From an uncultured Clostridia bacterium (lineage in GTDB: Bacteria > Bacillota > Clostridia > Christensenellales > UBA3700): a DNA stretch of 24,000 bases. The stretch is from positions 18,354-42,353 of the forward strand of contig CANSGN010000009.1 of NCBI GenBank assembly GCA_947646415.1. The letters are read 5' to 3'. The notes under the pieces were generated by a model. It did no database searches. It was not told the DNA's origin and was given only the letters and a program-made list of their open reading frames with translations. The position numbers and the translations under genes were made by a program. This document shows, piece after piece, positions 6,137 through 14,207 of this stretch (position 1 is its first letter; every line of letters begins with the position of its first letter).

Positions 6137-7297
6137 TTGATGGTAACTGAAGAAATCTTTAAGATTAGTGAAGTAAAAGATGTTGATTTGGCTGTATTGC
6201 CTACAGAGGGGGCAAAAGATCTTGCTAAAATGGTGGATAAATATTTGGTGCAATGGTATAACGAAGCTGCTGAAAAAAGTAACTTGCCAAAAAAGGATAC
6301 CTTTTTGATTAACAGTAAATGCCCAAGATTTACTACCGGTGACGGAAAAGGAATTATAAATGATTCCGTAAGAGGTAAGGATTTATTTTTCATTTGCGAT
6401 GTCGGTAATTACAGCATAGAATATACTATGTTCGGCACTCCTAACAGAATGTCTCCGGATGACCATTATTGCGATTTAAAAAGACTTATTTGCGCAAACG
6501 CAGGCAAAGCAAGACGTATGACGGTTATAATGCCTATTTTATATGGTGGCAGACAACACAGAAGAAACAGCCGTGAGTCTTTGGACTGTGCACAAATGCT
6601 TAAAGAGCTTGAGTCAATGGGAGTAACTGATATTATCACTTTTGACGCTCATGACCCAAGAGTACAAAATGCAGTGCCGGAAATGGGATTTGACAACTTT
6701 TTTGCTACATACCAAATTTTAAAAGCATTGCTAAAGGAATATCCTCAAGTTAACTTGGGCAAAAACCATTTTATGATAGTCAGCCCTGACGAGGGTGCAA
6801 TGGGAAGAAATATCTACTATTCATCCGTGCTTGGCATCAACTTGGGTATGTTCTACAAACGCCGCGATTATTCTACTATCGTAAACGGACGTAATCCTAT
6901 CGTTAGTCACGAGTATATCGGTAACGATGTTAAAGGTATGGATATTTTTGTTGCGGACGATATTATTGCAACAGGCGACAGTATGTTGCACCTTTGCAAG
7001 GAACTAAAGGAAAGAGGTTGCAAAAACATATTTATTACAGCAACTTTTGCATTGTTTACCGAAGGAGTGGAAAAGTTTAACAAAGCTTACGAAGAGGGCT
7101 TGTTCACAGCTGTATTGTCCACAAATTTAACGTATACCCCTGAAATTGTTAAAAACTGCAAATGGTTTATAAGTGCAGATATGTCAAAATTTATCGCAAA
7201 TATAATTGCAACCTGCAATCAAGACAAGTCTGTTTCGACTTTGCTTGACCCACACGACAAAATCAATGATATGCTTATTAATAGCGGCATAAAATAA
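6137..7297 (+). CDS. Ribose-phosphate pyrophosphokinase (PRPP synthetase) homologue, long divergent form
   Basis: Prs-like segments: RFTTGDGKGIINDSVRGKDLFFI, IMPILYGGRQHRR (canonical is ..YARQDRK), FDAHDP, VSPDEGAMGR, and the PRPP loop DIFVADDIIATGDSM. At 386 aa it is longer than the canonical ~315 aa. The start is TTG 6137 or ATG 6140, after GAGGAG 6125-6130. Confidence 0.75.
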   Translation: MMVTEEIFKISEVKDVDLAVLPTEGAKDLAKMVDKYLVQWYNEAAEKSNLPKKDTFLINSKCPRFTTGDGKGIINDSVRGKDLFFICDVGNYSIEYTMFGTPNRMSPDDHYCDLKRLICANAGKARRMTVIMPILYGGRQHRRNSRESLDCAQMLKELESMGVTDIITFDAHDPRVQNAVPEMGFDNFFATYQILKALLKEYPQVNLGKNHFMIVSPDEGAMGRNIYYSSVLGINLGMFYKRRDYSTIVNGRNPIVSHEYIGNDVKGMDIFVADDIIATGDSMLHLCKELKERGCKNIFITATFALFTEGVEKFNKAYEEGLFTAVLSTNLTYTPEIVKNCKWFISADMSKFIANIIATCNQDKSVSTLLDPHDKINDMLINSGIK

Positions 7298-7334
7298 AAA
7301 TGGAGTATAACTATAAAAATATAGAGAGTTTTTG

Positions 7335-7381
7335 GCTGAAATAAAAACTTTTAATCTTTAAAACGAGATTTTTATTTCAGC
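7335..7381 (+). terminator. Long hairpin after the prs-like gene (probable terminator, no clean T-tract)
   Basis: gctgaaataaaaa (7335-7347) pairs with tttttatttcagc (7369-7381), a 13-bp stem. The inner ttttaa/ttaaaa can extend it. It is followed by ttaaaaaac. Confidence 0.4.
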
Positions 7382-7642
7382 TTAAAAAACTTAACAGCTT
7401 TGAATTTAAAAGCTAATTCGTCAAAATAATCTATAAAAATTTTGTTTACGTAAAATAAAATTTAATTATTTAGACAAAAAATATAGCAAAACTTATTTTT
7501 TTATTATATAATATCTATAGGAATTAGAATGATATTTTAAATTAACAAACATTATTTAATAATAACATTGTATTTATTTAACAAATTTATCAAAAATTAT
7601 TTAATGTAATGATTATTTAAAATAATTTTAAGGGAGATAAAA

Positions 7643-8290
7643 ATGAACATTCAATGGCTAGGGCATTCTGCCTTCAGGCTAGTGGAATCAACAGGAACAA
7701 CAATTATAACCGACCCGTATAAAGGGGAGATGGTTGGTTACGATATGCCAAAAGGTATAAATGCAGATATTGTCACTTGCTCACATGAACATGAAGACCA
7801 TAACTATTTGGCAGCTGTAGACGGTAACCCTACTATTTTAAATCAAGAGGGTGCGTTTGAAATTAACGGCGTTCATATTACAAGTATGGAGTCCTATCAC
7901 GACCATCACAATGGTAGTCGCAGGGGCGGCAATCTTATTTTTAAATTCCGTATGGATGGCGTGGACATTTGCCATTTGGGCGATATAGGCGAAGCTTGCA
8001 GTATTGATATTTGTTCGCAAATCGGCTCGGTTGATATTTTGTTAATACCGGTTGGCGGAAATTATACAATAGATGCACAAACAGCAAAGGAATTTGTAGA
8101 CCTTCTTATGCCGGATGTAGTTATTCCTATGCATTACAGAACACGCGATTGCGAGATGGATATTGATAAAGTTGACAGCTTTTTAAAATTATTTGAGGAA
8201 GAGCAAATAATTTATGCTAACAGTGCTATCGATTTTGATAGGACGGATTTTGACGGCGAAGACACAAAAATAATTGTTTTTAATAGATAA
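7643..8290 (+). CDS. MBL-fold metallo-hydrolase (UPF0173-like)
   Basis: SD GGGAG lies before the ATG. The N-terminus MNIQWLGHSAFRL and the metal motif CSHEHEDHN (HxHxDH) are typical of the small beta-lactamase-fold hydrolases. Confidence 0.8.
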   Translation: MNIQWLGHSAFRLVESTGTTIITDPYKGEMVGYDMPKGINADIVTCSHEHEDHNYLAAVDGNPTILNQEGAFEINGVHITSMESYHDHHNGSRRGGNLIFKFRMDGVDICHLGDIGEACSIDICSQIGSVDILLIPVGGNYTIDAQTAKEFVDLLMPDVVIPMHYRTRDCEMDIDKVDSFLKLFEEEQIIYANSAIDFDRTDFDGEDTKIIVFNR

Positions 8291-8497
8291 TTATATTTTA
8301 ATGTTTTTTTATTATAATTTCTTTTTGTTTTTACACTATTAAATTATTTTGAATATAACATTTAATTATTAAAAATTATAAACTATTTTTGCATACTGAT
8401 TATCTTAAAAGTCATTATGCCAAATTTTGTATTAATCAATTTATAAATTATAATTGCTACCGTGTTATTACAAATTAATTGATTAAAAGGAGTATTT

Positions 8498-10000
8498 ATG
8501 GTAGATTTAACCTATTTAACACTTAGGGATATGTTTAGAATGCCGATTGGGAAATTACGTGACGTTGCGGCATATTTGGGAGTTGAATCTCCTACCACTT
8601 TATCCAAAAGCGAACTTGTAGAAGTGACGTATAAGGCTAAATGTGGTGTAGATATAGATAATATTCCTGTAAGGAGAGGTCGTCCGACAAAGCCTGCAAA
8701 AGGGGAGTATTCAATCGATTGGGACAATGTTCCCGAGAGGAATTGGACTTCGGAACAAATTGGCGAAAGTTTAGGTAAGTTTTCGAAATTTAATGACAAT
8801 GTGGCAGGATACGATATACAGGATTCAAATGATAAACGCGTTTCAAACGACAATTCCGATTTGACAAATATTATCGAACTCGGATATTTGGAAATTATGG
8901 ATGACGGCTACGGATTTACACGTTCCACTTACGGAAAAAATAACGATGCTTATGTTTCTTCAAGACTTATTCGTACTGTAGGATTGCGTAAAGGCGATGT
9001 TTTGACAGGTACTGCAAGGGCACAATATGAGGGTAAACCTTATGCTGTCGTTAATGTTTCAAGAATAAACGGTATGCCTGTTGCAGCGCTTGCACAAAGA
9101 CCGCGTTTTGACGAGCTAACGCCTATTTATCCTGACCAAATGCTAAGATTGGAGAAAGACAAATCTAAAAATAGCGATATTACTATGCGAATGATAGATT
9201 TGATTTGTCCTATCGGTAAAGGCCAAAGAGCACTTATCGTAGCACCTCCTAAAGCAGGTAAAACCACAATTATTAAAAAAATCGCATCCAATATAATGAA
9301 TAACAATCCAAACATTATGTTATTTACTTTGCTTATCGACGAGCGTCCGGAGGAAGTTACCGATATGCAACGCAGCGTTCCTGGAGAAGTTATTTATTCA
9401 ACTTTCGACGAAACTGCAGAAAACCATATAAAAGTTGCCGAAATGCTTATCGAGCGTGCAAAAAGACAGGTAGAAGTTGGTGCTGATGTAGTAATTATTA
9501 TGGATAGTTTGACAAGACTTGCGCGTGCATACAACACTGTTACCGAGTCAAGCGGCAAAACTTTATCGGGTGGTATTGACCCTAAAGCATTGCATTTCCC
9601 TAAGAAATTTTTTGGTAGTGCAAGAAAAATCGAGCATGGCGGAAGTTTGACTATTATAGCAACAGCTTTGGTTGAGACGGGTAGCCGTATGGACGATGTT
9701 ATTTTTGAAGAGTTTAAAGGCACAGGCAATTTAGAGTTAAGGCTTGACAGAAAATTATCCGAAAAAAGGATTTTCCCTGCTATCGATTTGGAAAAATCGT
9801 CTACAAGACGTGATGATTTGCTACTTACTCAAAAAGAGCTTGAGGCAAGTATTGCGCTTCGTACATTGCTTGCCAATAACGAGCAGGAGGCAACAAAAAT
9901 ATTTATTAATCTATTGCTAAAAACAAAGAACAATAAAGAGCTTTGCGAACAACTGCTTTTGCAATATCGTGCATCCGAGAAAAATGATTTTCAAATGTAA
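8498..10000 (+). CDS. rho: Transcription termination factor Rho (with an N-terminal insertion)
   Basis: SD AAGGAG at 8487-8492. The Rho N-terminal helix region is present, followed by GYLEIMDDGYGFTR (RNA-binding domain), the Walker A VAPPKAGKTT, LIDERPEEVT, and the C-terminal ATPase motifs. At 500 aa it carries about 70 extra residues (aa ~58-125). Confidence 0.95.
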   Translation: MVDLTYLTLRDMFRMPIGKLRDVAAYLGVESPTTLSKSELVEVTYKAKCGVDIDNIPVRRGRPTKPAKGEYSIDWDNVPERNWTSEQIGESLGKFSKFNDNVAGYDIQDSNDKRVSNDNSDLTNIIELGYLEIMDDGYGFTRSTYGKNNDAYVSSRLIRTVGLRKGDVLTGTARAQYEGKPYAVVNVSRINGMPVAALAQRPRFDELTPIYPDQMLRLEKDKSKNSDITMRMIDLICPIGKGQRALIVAPPKAGKTTIIKKIASNIMNNNPNIMLFTLLIDERPEEVTDMQRSVPGEVIYSTFDETAENHIKVAEMLIERAKRQVEVGADVVIIMDSLTRLARAYNTVTESSGKTLSGGIDPKALHFPKKFFGSARKIEHGGSLTIIATALVETGSRMDDVIFEEFKGTGNLELRLDRKLSEKRIFPAIDLEKSSTRRDDLLLTQKELEASIALRTLLANNEQEATKIFINLLLKTKNNKELCEQLLLQYRASEKNDFQM

Positions 10001-10036
10001 TTTTAATAGCTCAAATTAAAAGCGTAAATTTATAAA

Positions 10037-10070
10037 ATAACTTCAATTTAATATTGGAGTTATTTTTTTA
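10037..10070 (+). terminator. Rho-independent terminator of rho
   Basis: ataacttcaa (10037-10046) pairs with ttggagttat (10054-10063) with one G-T pair, followed by a run of T (10063-10069). Confidence 0.6.
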
Positions 10071-10084
10071 TTGGCTTGCGAAAA

Positions 10085-10103
10085 CCACTAGATATTCTAG
10101 TGG
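10085..10103 (+). other. IS left-end subterminal hairpin
   Basis: ccactag / atatt / ctagtgg: 7-bp stem, 5-nt loop. Confidence 0.7.
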
Positions 10104-10124
10104 TACAAAAGAAGGCTTTTGCCG

Positions 10125-10153
10125 TTGATTAATAAAACCTCCTAATGTATAAT
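10125..10153 (+). promoter_or_regulatory. Sigma-A-type promoter for tnpA
   Basis: TTGATT (10125-10130), 17-nt spacer, TATAAT (10148-10153). Confidence 0.5.
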
Positions 10154-10187
10154 ATAGAGTGCCAACTGTATATTAAAACATAGGAGG
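10138..10187 (+). promoter_or_regulatory. Hairpin able to sequester the tnpA Shine-Dalgarno
   Basis: cctcctaatgt (10138-10148) pairs with acataggagg (10178-10187), which includes the SD, with one bulge. The inner taatata (10150-10156) pairs with tatatta (10169-10175). The left arm lies upstream of the predicted tnpA start site, so only read-through transcripts would fold this way. Confidence 0.45.
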
Positions 10188-10195
10188 ATTTAAAA

Positions 10196-10660
10196 ATGGA
10201 CAATAAAAATAGTTTATCACACACAAAGTATAGGTGTCATTATCATATAGTATTTGCACCAAAATATAGAAGACAAGTAATATATGGTAAAATCAAAAAA
10301 GATATAGGTGTTATGTTAAGAAAATTATGTGAATGGAAAGGAGTAGAAATAATAGAAGCCGAAGCATGTCCCGACCATATACATATGTTAGAAACAATAC
10401 CACCTAAATTAAGTATAGCACAATTTATGGGATATATCAAGGGAAAAAGTTCAATAATGATATTTGACAAATATGCAAATTTAAAATATAAATATGGAAA
10501 CAGAGTGTTTTGGTGTAGAGGGTATTATGTAGATACAGTAGGAAAAAATAAAACTGCGATAGAAGAATATATAAGAAATCAGATACAAGAAGATTTAGCA
10601 TATGAGCAAATAACAATGAAAGAATATTTGGACCCGTTTACGGGTAGCAAAGAAAAGTAA
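10196..10660 (+). CDS. tnpA: IS200/IS605 family transposase TnpA (HUH, Y1)
   Basis: SD AGGAGG at 10182-10187. The translation shows YRCHYHIVFAPKYRR, the HUH motif PDHIHML, and the catalytic-Tyr region WCRGYYVDTVG. The length of 154 aa fits the family. Confidence 0.92.
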   Translation: MDNKNSLSHTKYRCHYHIVFAPKYRRQVIYGKIKKDIGVMLRKLCEWKGVEIIEAEACPDHIHMLETIPPKLSIAQFMGYIKGKSSIMIFDKYANLKYKYGNRVFWCRGYYVDTVGKNKTAIEEYIRNQIQEDLAYEQITMKEYLDPFTGSKEK

Positions 10661-10769
10661 TAAATAAAAAATCGCCACTTGAGTGGCGATTAGTAACGAT
10701 ATGCAGTTGGCGAAATTTAAGAGGGCGGTTAGCCCTGCCTGTAATAAAGCCTTATAGGCTAAGTGCAAG

Positions 10770-10788
10770 CCACCAGATTATCTGGTGG
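10770..10788 (+). other. IS right-end subterminal hairpin
   Basis: ccaccag / attat / ctggtgg: same architecture as the left-end hairpin, differing by one compensated base pair in the stem (t/a versus c/g) and by the loop sequence. Confidence 0.7.
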
Positions 10789-10926
10789 TCTTGACTATTA
10801 TACAATTAATTTTTAGAATTTTTATTTAGATTAAAATACAATCGATAAATAAGCAGAGTAGTATGTAAGTATATATTCATATCTGCATATCAACATACGA
10901 TGATATAAAAATTTGTAATAACCGCA

Positions 10927-10961
10927 CAAAAATCGGGATTAAAATCATTTAATCCCGATTT
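10927..10961 (-). terminator. Terminator of the minus-strand DUF421-DUF4363 operon (perfect palindrome, bidirectional)
   Basis: aaatcgggattaaa (10930-10943) / atca / tttaatcccgattt (10948-10961) forms a 14-bp perfect stem. The minus strand continues tttttgtg and the + strand continues gtttatat. Both arms are copies of the dispersed AAATCGGKATTAAA word. Confidence 0.8.
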
Positions 10962-11045
10962 GTTTATATAAATATATCAAAATATTATAATATGCAGATA
11001 TTTGCAAATGAACATTATTACAAAGTTAGATATAAATTAATTTTT

Positions 11046-11426
11046 TTAAAAAATGTTTTTAGGCGCAAATTTTAAAAGACCTAATCTGGTTTTTGCATCT
11101 TGCTCAAGTGACAAACTTATTGATAGAGCATCTTGATAATTTTCCGCATAAATCGCACCGTGAAGAGAAGCTAAATTAGTCATAAAGTCTTTTATTTCAT
11201 TGTGCGGACAGGTAAGTTCCAACACATTCCGCCTTTTATTCCACCAATCGACGCTGTCTTTTGCAAGTGTTTTGGCAGTTTCGTAGTCATGAACTTCGAT
11301 ATGCTTTCTTATTTCTACACAGCGAACGCTAATTTCGTTAAAGGAATTGTGAATATACACTTCATTGAGTATTCCAAAGGTTAAAATAAGCACAACTACA
11401 ACAATAGCTATTATAATTCTATTCAT
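11046..11426 (-). CDS. DUF4363 family protein (small N-terminally anchored helical protein)
   Basis: SD AAGGAGG is 6 nt upstream. It overlaps the end of the DUF421 gene by 8 nt. It has one N-terminal TM (IIIAIVVVVLILTFGIL), then a helical body ..DYETAKTLAKDSVDWWNKRRNVLELTCPHNEI.. that matches what I recall of DUF4363, the usual partner of DUF421 genes. Confidence 0.65.
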   Translation of the reverse strand: MNRIIIAIVVVVLILTFGILNEVYIHNSFNEISVRCVEIRKHIEVHDYETAKTLAKDSVDWWNKRRNVLELTCPHNEIKDFMTNLASLHGAIYAENYQDALSISLSLEQDAKTRLGLLKFAPKNIF

Positions 11427-12165
11427 TTACTACCTCCTTAACGCTAGTATTTATAGCAGGCTTTTTGATTGGTTGTAAAAATACATTTTCGTTGTTATCC
11501 ACTGATGCCATAAGCACATTTTTTTGTTTTAAGTCGTATTTTTGCAAAAGTTTGTCAATAAAATCATTGCGTATGCCTGAAAGTTGCATATTTTGTGATA
11601 AAATTTTTCCTTCGCAAATAAGCACATAAGGTATGCCCTTAGGGTCTGTCTTTATGCCCATATCGGCAGGAGTAAGAGGTGCGTTTTCTGCTTTAGGCAC
11701 AACTGTTAAGTCTCCGTTTGTTTCTACTATCGCATACTGCACCTCACTAGGGGAAAAGTATCCGCATCCTCTAAGCGATTCCAAAAGGTCATTTACAGTC
11801 ATATCCAATTTGCTTATCGCATCGTAGTTTATACCGTTTGAATCAATTATAATAATTGGTTTACCGTTTATTACACGTCTGATTTTTATAGAATGTTTAA
11901 TAATTTTTGTCAATATCAAATGTATGACAAACAGCGTGAAAATCGGTATTAAACCGTAAAAAATAGGCACGGTTGTATCCGACATCGGTATGCAGGCAAG
12001 TTCTGCCGCTACTAATGTTACTGCAAATTCGAACGGTTGTAATTCTCCTAATTGCTTTTTGCCCATAAGTCGCATTGCAAAAAGCAGACAAATATAAATT
12101 ATTATTGCACGAGTAAATACTATTAACATATTTTTAGTATTTGAAAGGTTTACAGTTTTATACAT
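11419..12165 (-). CDS. DUF421 (YetF/YdfS-like) membrane protein
   Basis: The N-terminal TM region with the MRLMGKKQLGELQPFEFAVTLV motif, plus a C-terminal soluble domain, is typical of DUF421. The track start at 12204 lies inside the upstream terminator hairpin, so the start is more likely ATG 12165 or ATG 12129. Neither has a visible SD. Confidence 0.7.
   Translation of the reverse strand: MYKTVNLSNTKNMLIVFTRAIIIYICLLFAMRLMGKKQLGELQPFEFAVTLVAAELACIPMSDTTVPIFYGLIPIFTLFVIHLILTKIIKHSIKIRRVINGKPIIIIDSNGINYDAISKLDMTVNDLLESLRGCGYFSPSEVQYAIVETNGDLTVVPKAENAPLTPADMGIKTDPKGIPYVLICEGKILSQNMQLSGIRNDFIDKLLQKYDLKQKNVLMASVDNNENVFLQPIKKPAINTSVKEVVNE
11938..11953 (+). repeat. Copy of the dispersed word (g)AAAATCGGTATTAAA, inside the DUF421 CDS on the antisense strand
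   Basis: Exact 15-mer shared with 5996-6010 and 16543-16557. Confidence 0.6.
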
Positions 12166-12171
12166 ATACAC

Positions 12172-12208
12172 AAAATTAAAAAAAGTGCTTTTGGGTAAGA
12201 GCACTTTT
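12172..12208 (-). terminator. Rho-independent terminator after the SpoVB-like gene
   Basis: aaaagtgct (12181-12189) pairs with agcactttt (12200-12208), a 9-bp stem with a 10-nt loop. On the minus strand it is followed by tttttaatttt. Confidence 0.7.
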
Positions 12209-12248
12209 TGTTCCTTTTTTTAATTTAATGCAATTAAAGATAAATTGT

Positions 12249-13742
12249 TTATTTGTTTTCGCTAGTTATTTTGTTTTTCTTTTTGTAATACAAAAAAGTA
12301 GGCAATGCAAATGTAGCGGAAAGCAATGTGGATATTATCGTAGTAATGCTTATCCTTGCAAATATGCTTAAATTGCTATAACTTAATGAAATTAATTTTG
12401 ACAAGAATCCTACGCCGATAGATAGTCCGAAGGTAATAAAGCAAACAATCAAGTATTTAAGTGAAACCGCAGTACATTTTTTAAGTTTTATTGTATTGAT
12501 AATTAAACCAATAGTGTGATATACAAGAAGAGCTGCGGGATATGCGTAAATGCCGATAGGCTTTGCAAATAAAACCAGCGTTATAATCAAACCGACCGAA
12601 GATACTATGCTTGCCCAAAATGTTGTTTTTTCATTGCCCAATGTGTTAAGCAGTGAAACAGTTAGTTGATTAATTACAAGCGGGATAATAATCATTGCTG
12701 TTATTACAAGCATTTTTCCTGCTTTTTCGTCTCGGTAAAACAAGACCGAAATATCTTCTCCCGCGCCTATAAATATTGACATTAAAAATGCGGAAATTAT
12801 TGCTGTAAATACCATTGAGTAACCTATTTTGCCGTTTGCTGCGCTTTTACCTTGTTTTGCTACTTGGCTTGAAATTTCAGGTATCATTATAACAAGTAAC
12901 GAGCCGATTATAGTGTTTGGTGCAAGTGCGATTGGCAAAACCATACTGCTCATTCTGCCATAATCGGCAGTTGCCATATCCATGGAGATTCCGCTGTGTA
13001 CCAAAAGGCTAGGTAACATAAGAGCGATGACAGAACTCATAAGCGAGCCGATTATTCTTGTAGTTGTTATAGGCAGTGAGGAAGTTGTAATTTCGGCAGC
13101 GTAGTTAGGTCTTTTCATTTTTCCGCCAAAAGCTATAAACATTATTACTATAATAATCATACAAAATACGTCGCCTAGCACATTTGCCAATGCAAAAGCG
13201 TTGTATGGCTCGCTTACGTAAAATTTTGTTAGCCAAACTATAAGCACTCCGACAAGCAAAAAGGCCTCGTCAGCAAACTCCAAAAGCGAATATGTAGTGT
13301 ACTTTTTCTTTCCCCAAAACCATGCTCTGAAAGTAGCGTAAATGGCTGTGGAAATAAGTGTAGGCGATAGTATGCGAAAAACTTCACGGCATTTGGGATT
13401 GGAAAACAGCAAGTTTAACGACGACGGAAATACATTGAAAAACAAACATATCAAAGTAGATATTCCTGCTGTAATAAGCAATGTTGAGGCAAGTATGCTA
13501 TTTGAATGGTCAAAGTCCCCAAGTGCATCGTAATGTGCTATTTTTCGTGATAGTGTAACGGGAAAACCGCTTGCCGCGAAACATGCAAACATTACAAAAA
13601 CCGAACTCGCTATGGAATAAATACCAATATTCAATGCTCCGAATATTCGTGACAAATATATATGGAAAATAAAAGAAACGAGCCTTGTAATTATACTTAT
13701 AGAAGTAACTTTAAAAAAAGATTTTACGAAGTTATTAGCCAT
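12249..13742 (-). CDS. MOP-superfamily polysaccharide/peptidoglycan-precursor flippase, SpoVB-like
   Basis: SD AAAGGAG. The protein is 497 aa and polytopic (about 14 hydrophobic segments). The N-terminus ..ITRLVSFIFHIYLSRIFGALNIGIYSIAS...SGFPVTLSRKIA follows the SpoVB/MurJ-type pattern (..R.lgF....l.r..G.e..G.Y......sGlP.a.Sk..A). Assignment to SpoVB itself is only suggested by the sporulation neighbourhood. Confidence 0.6.
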   Translation of the reverse strand: MANNFVKSFFKVTSISIITRLVSFIFHIYLSRIFGALNIGIYSIASSVFVMFACFAASGFPVTLSRKIAHYDALGDFDHSNSILASTLLITAGISTLICLFFNVFPSSLNLLFSNPKCREVFRILSPTLISTAIYATFRAWFWGKKKYTTYSLLEFADEAFLLVGVLIVWLTKFYVSEPYNAFALANVLGDVFCMIIIVIMFIAFGGKMKRPNYAAEITTSSLPITTTRIIGSLMSSVIALMLPSLLVHSGISMDMATADYGRMSSMVLPIALAPNTIIGSLLVIMIPEISSQVAKQGKSAANGKIGYSMVFTAIISAFLMSIFIGAGEDISVLFYRDEKAGKMLVITAMIIIPLVINQLTVSLLNTLGNEKTTFWASIVSSVGLIITLVLFAKPIGIYAYPAALLVYHTIGLIINTIKLKKCTAVSLKYLIVCFITFGLSIGVGFLSKLISLSYSNLSIFARISITTIISTLLSATFALPTFLYYKKKNKITSENK

Positions 13743-13780
13743 ATTGCTCCTTTTGTCGTTTAATTTCTTTATCCTTATAT

Positions 13781-13808
13781 CATATTACACAAAAACTAAA
13801 AATAGAAT
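13781..13808 (+). promoter_or_regulatory. Possible sigma-E-type promoter for the LysM gene
   Basis: tCATATT (13780-13786), 14 nt, AATAGAAT (13801-13808). The B. subtilis sigma-E pattern is ATATT-N14-CATACAAT. The match at -10 is partial. Confidence 0.3.
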
Positions 13809-13831
13809 AGAAAGGAAAGGAGAGTGTGCTT

Positions 13832-14119
13832 ATGTTATACATTTACAAAGTCAAAAAAGATGAGAGTTTGCAGGATGTTTGTATAAAATATTCGGTGTTT
13901 AAAGACGATTTGTTGAGTTTAAATAATATTACGGAAGAAAATGTTCGCGAAGGACTGTTATTGGTAATCGACATACCGGACGGCAAAAGATATGTAGTAA
14001 AACCTTTTGATACGATTACAAAAATTGCAAATAAATTTAATATTCCCGAAAAAGAGATTTTGGATTTTAATAATATTTCTCAAATATTTTTGGGACAAAT
14101 ACTTTATATCCCAATATGA
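13832..14119 (+). CDS. Small protein with two LysM peptidoglycan-binding domains
   Basis: Two LysM-like halves are visible: YKVKKDESLQDVCIKYSVFKDDLLSLNNI...GLLLVIDIP and YVVKPFDTITKIANKFNIPEKEILDFNNISQIFLGQILYIP. ATG 13832 (SD AGGAG 13818-13822, 9-nt spacing) is preferred over the track's GTG 13826. Confidence 0.75.
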   Translation: MLYIYKVKKDESLQDVCIKYSVFKDDLLSLNNITEENVREGLLLVIDIPDGKRYVVKPFDTITKIANKFNIPEKEILDFNNISQIFLGQILYIPI

Positions 14120-14162
14120 AATTAAAAAGTGTATTTAATTTGGACATTTGCCTAAAAGTTAG

Positions 14163-14190
14163 CATATTACAAAAGGCTTGGACATAAAAT
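14163..14190 (+). promoter_or_regulatory. Sigma-E-type promoter for the membrane-protein/spoIIIA operon
   Basis: gCATATT (14162-14168), 14 nt, CATAAAAT (14183-14190), against the sigma-E consensus ATATT-N14-CATACAAT. It sits about 20 nt upstream of the SD at 14198-14202. In B. subtilis, spoIIIA is sigma-E dependent. Confidence 0.5.
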
Positions 14191-14207
14191 TTAGCGTGGA
14201 GGTTGAT

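Larger units (their letters stand above)
10072..10800 (+). mobile_element. IS200/IS605-family insertion sequence, tnpA-only (IS200 group); ends approximate
   Basis: A single 154-aa HUH/Y1 transposase gene is bracketed by two near-identical subterminal hairpins: ccactag-atatt-ctagtgg (10085-10103) and ccaccag-attat-ctggtgg (10770-10788). The total size of about 0.7 kb is typical of IS200. The exact cleavage sites cannot be set from the sequence alone. Confidence 0.8.

Noticed and set aside
7465-7620. Four copies of ATTATTTA(A) (7465, 7551, 7596, 7612) in the 346-bp gap before the MBL-hydrolase gene.
   Set aside because: The gap is almost pure A+T, where an all-A/T 8-mer recurs readily. The spacing is irregular and there is no dyad partner.
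8669-8873. N-terminal insertion of about 70 aa in Rho, considered as a prion-like domain of the kind reported for Clostridium botulinum Rho.
   Set aside because: The insert (..FSKFNDNVAGYDIQDSNDKRVSNDNSDLTN..) is rich in Asp as well as Asn and contains Lys and Arg. It is not the uncharged Q/N-rich composition expected of a prion-forming domain. It is just an N-terminal insertion domain, as is common in Rho.
10671-10690. Hairpin atcgccac-ttga-gtggcgat just after tnpA, considered as its terminator.
   Set aside because: No T-tract follows (tagtaacg). It is more likely part of the structured right end of the IS.
12135-12164. Sigma-G-like motif on the minus strand (TGTATA, 17 nt, AATACTA) ahead of the DUF421 gene.
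   Set aside because: It overlaps the candidate start codons (12165 and 12129), so the predicted start site would fall at or after the second ATG. The -10 also lacks the leading C. This is too uncertain to annotate.
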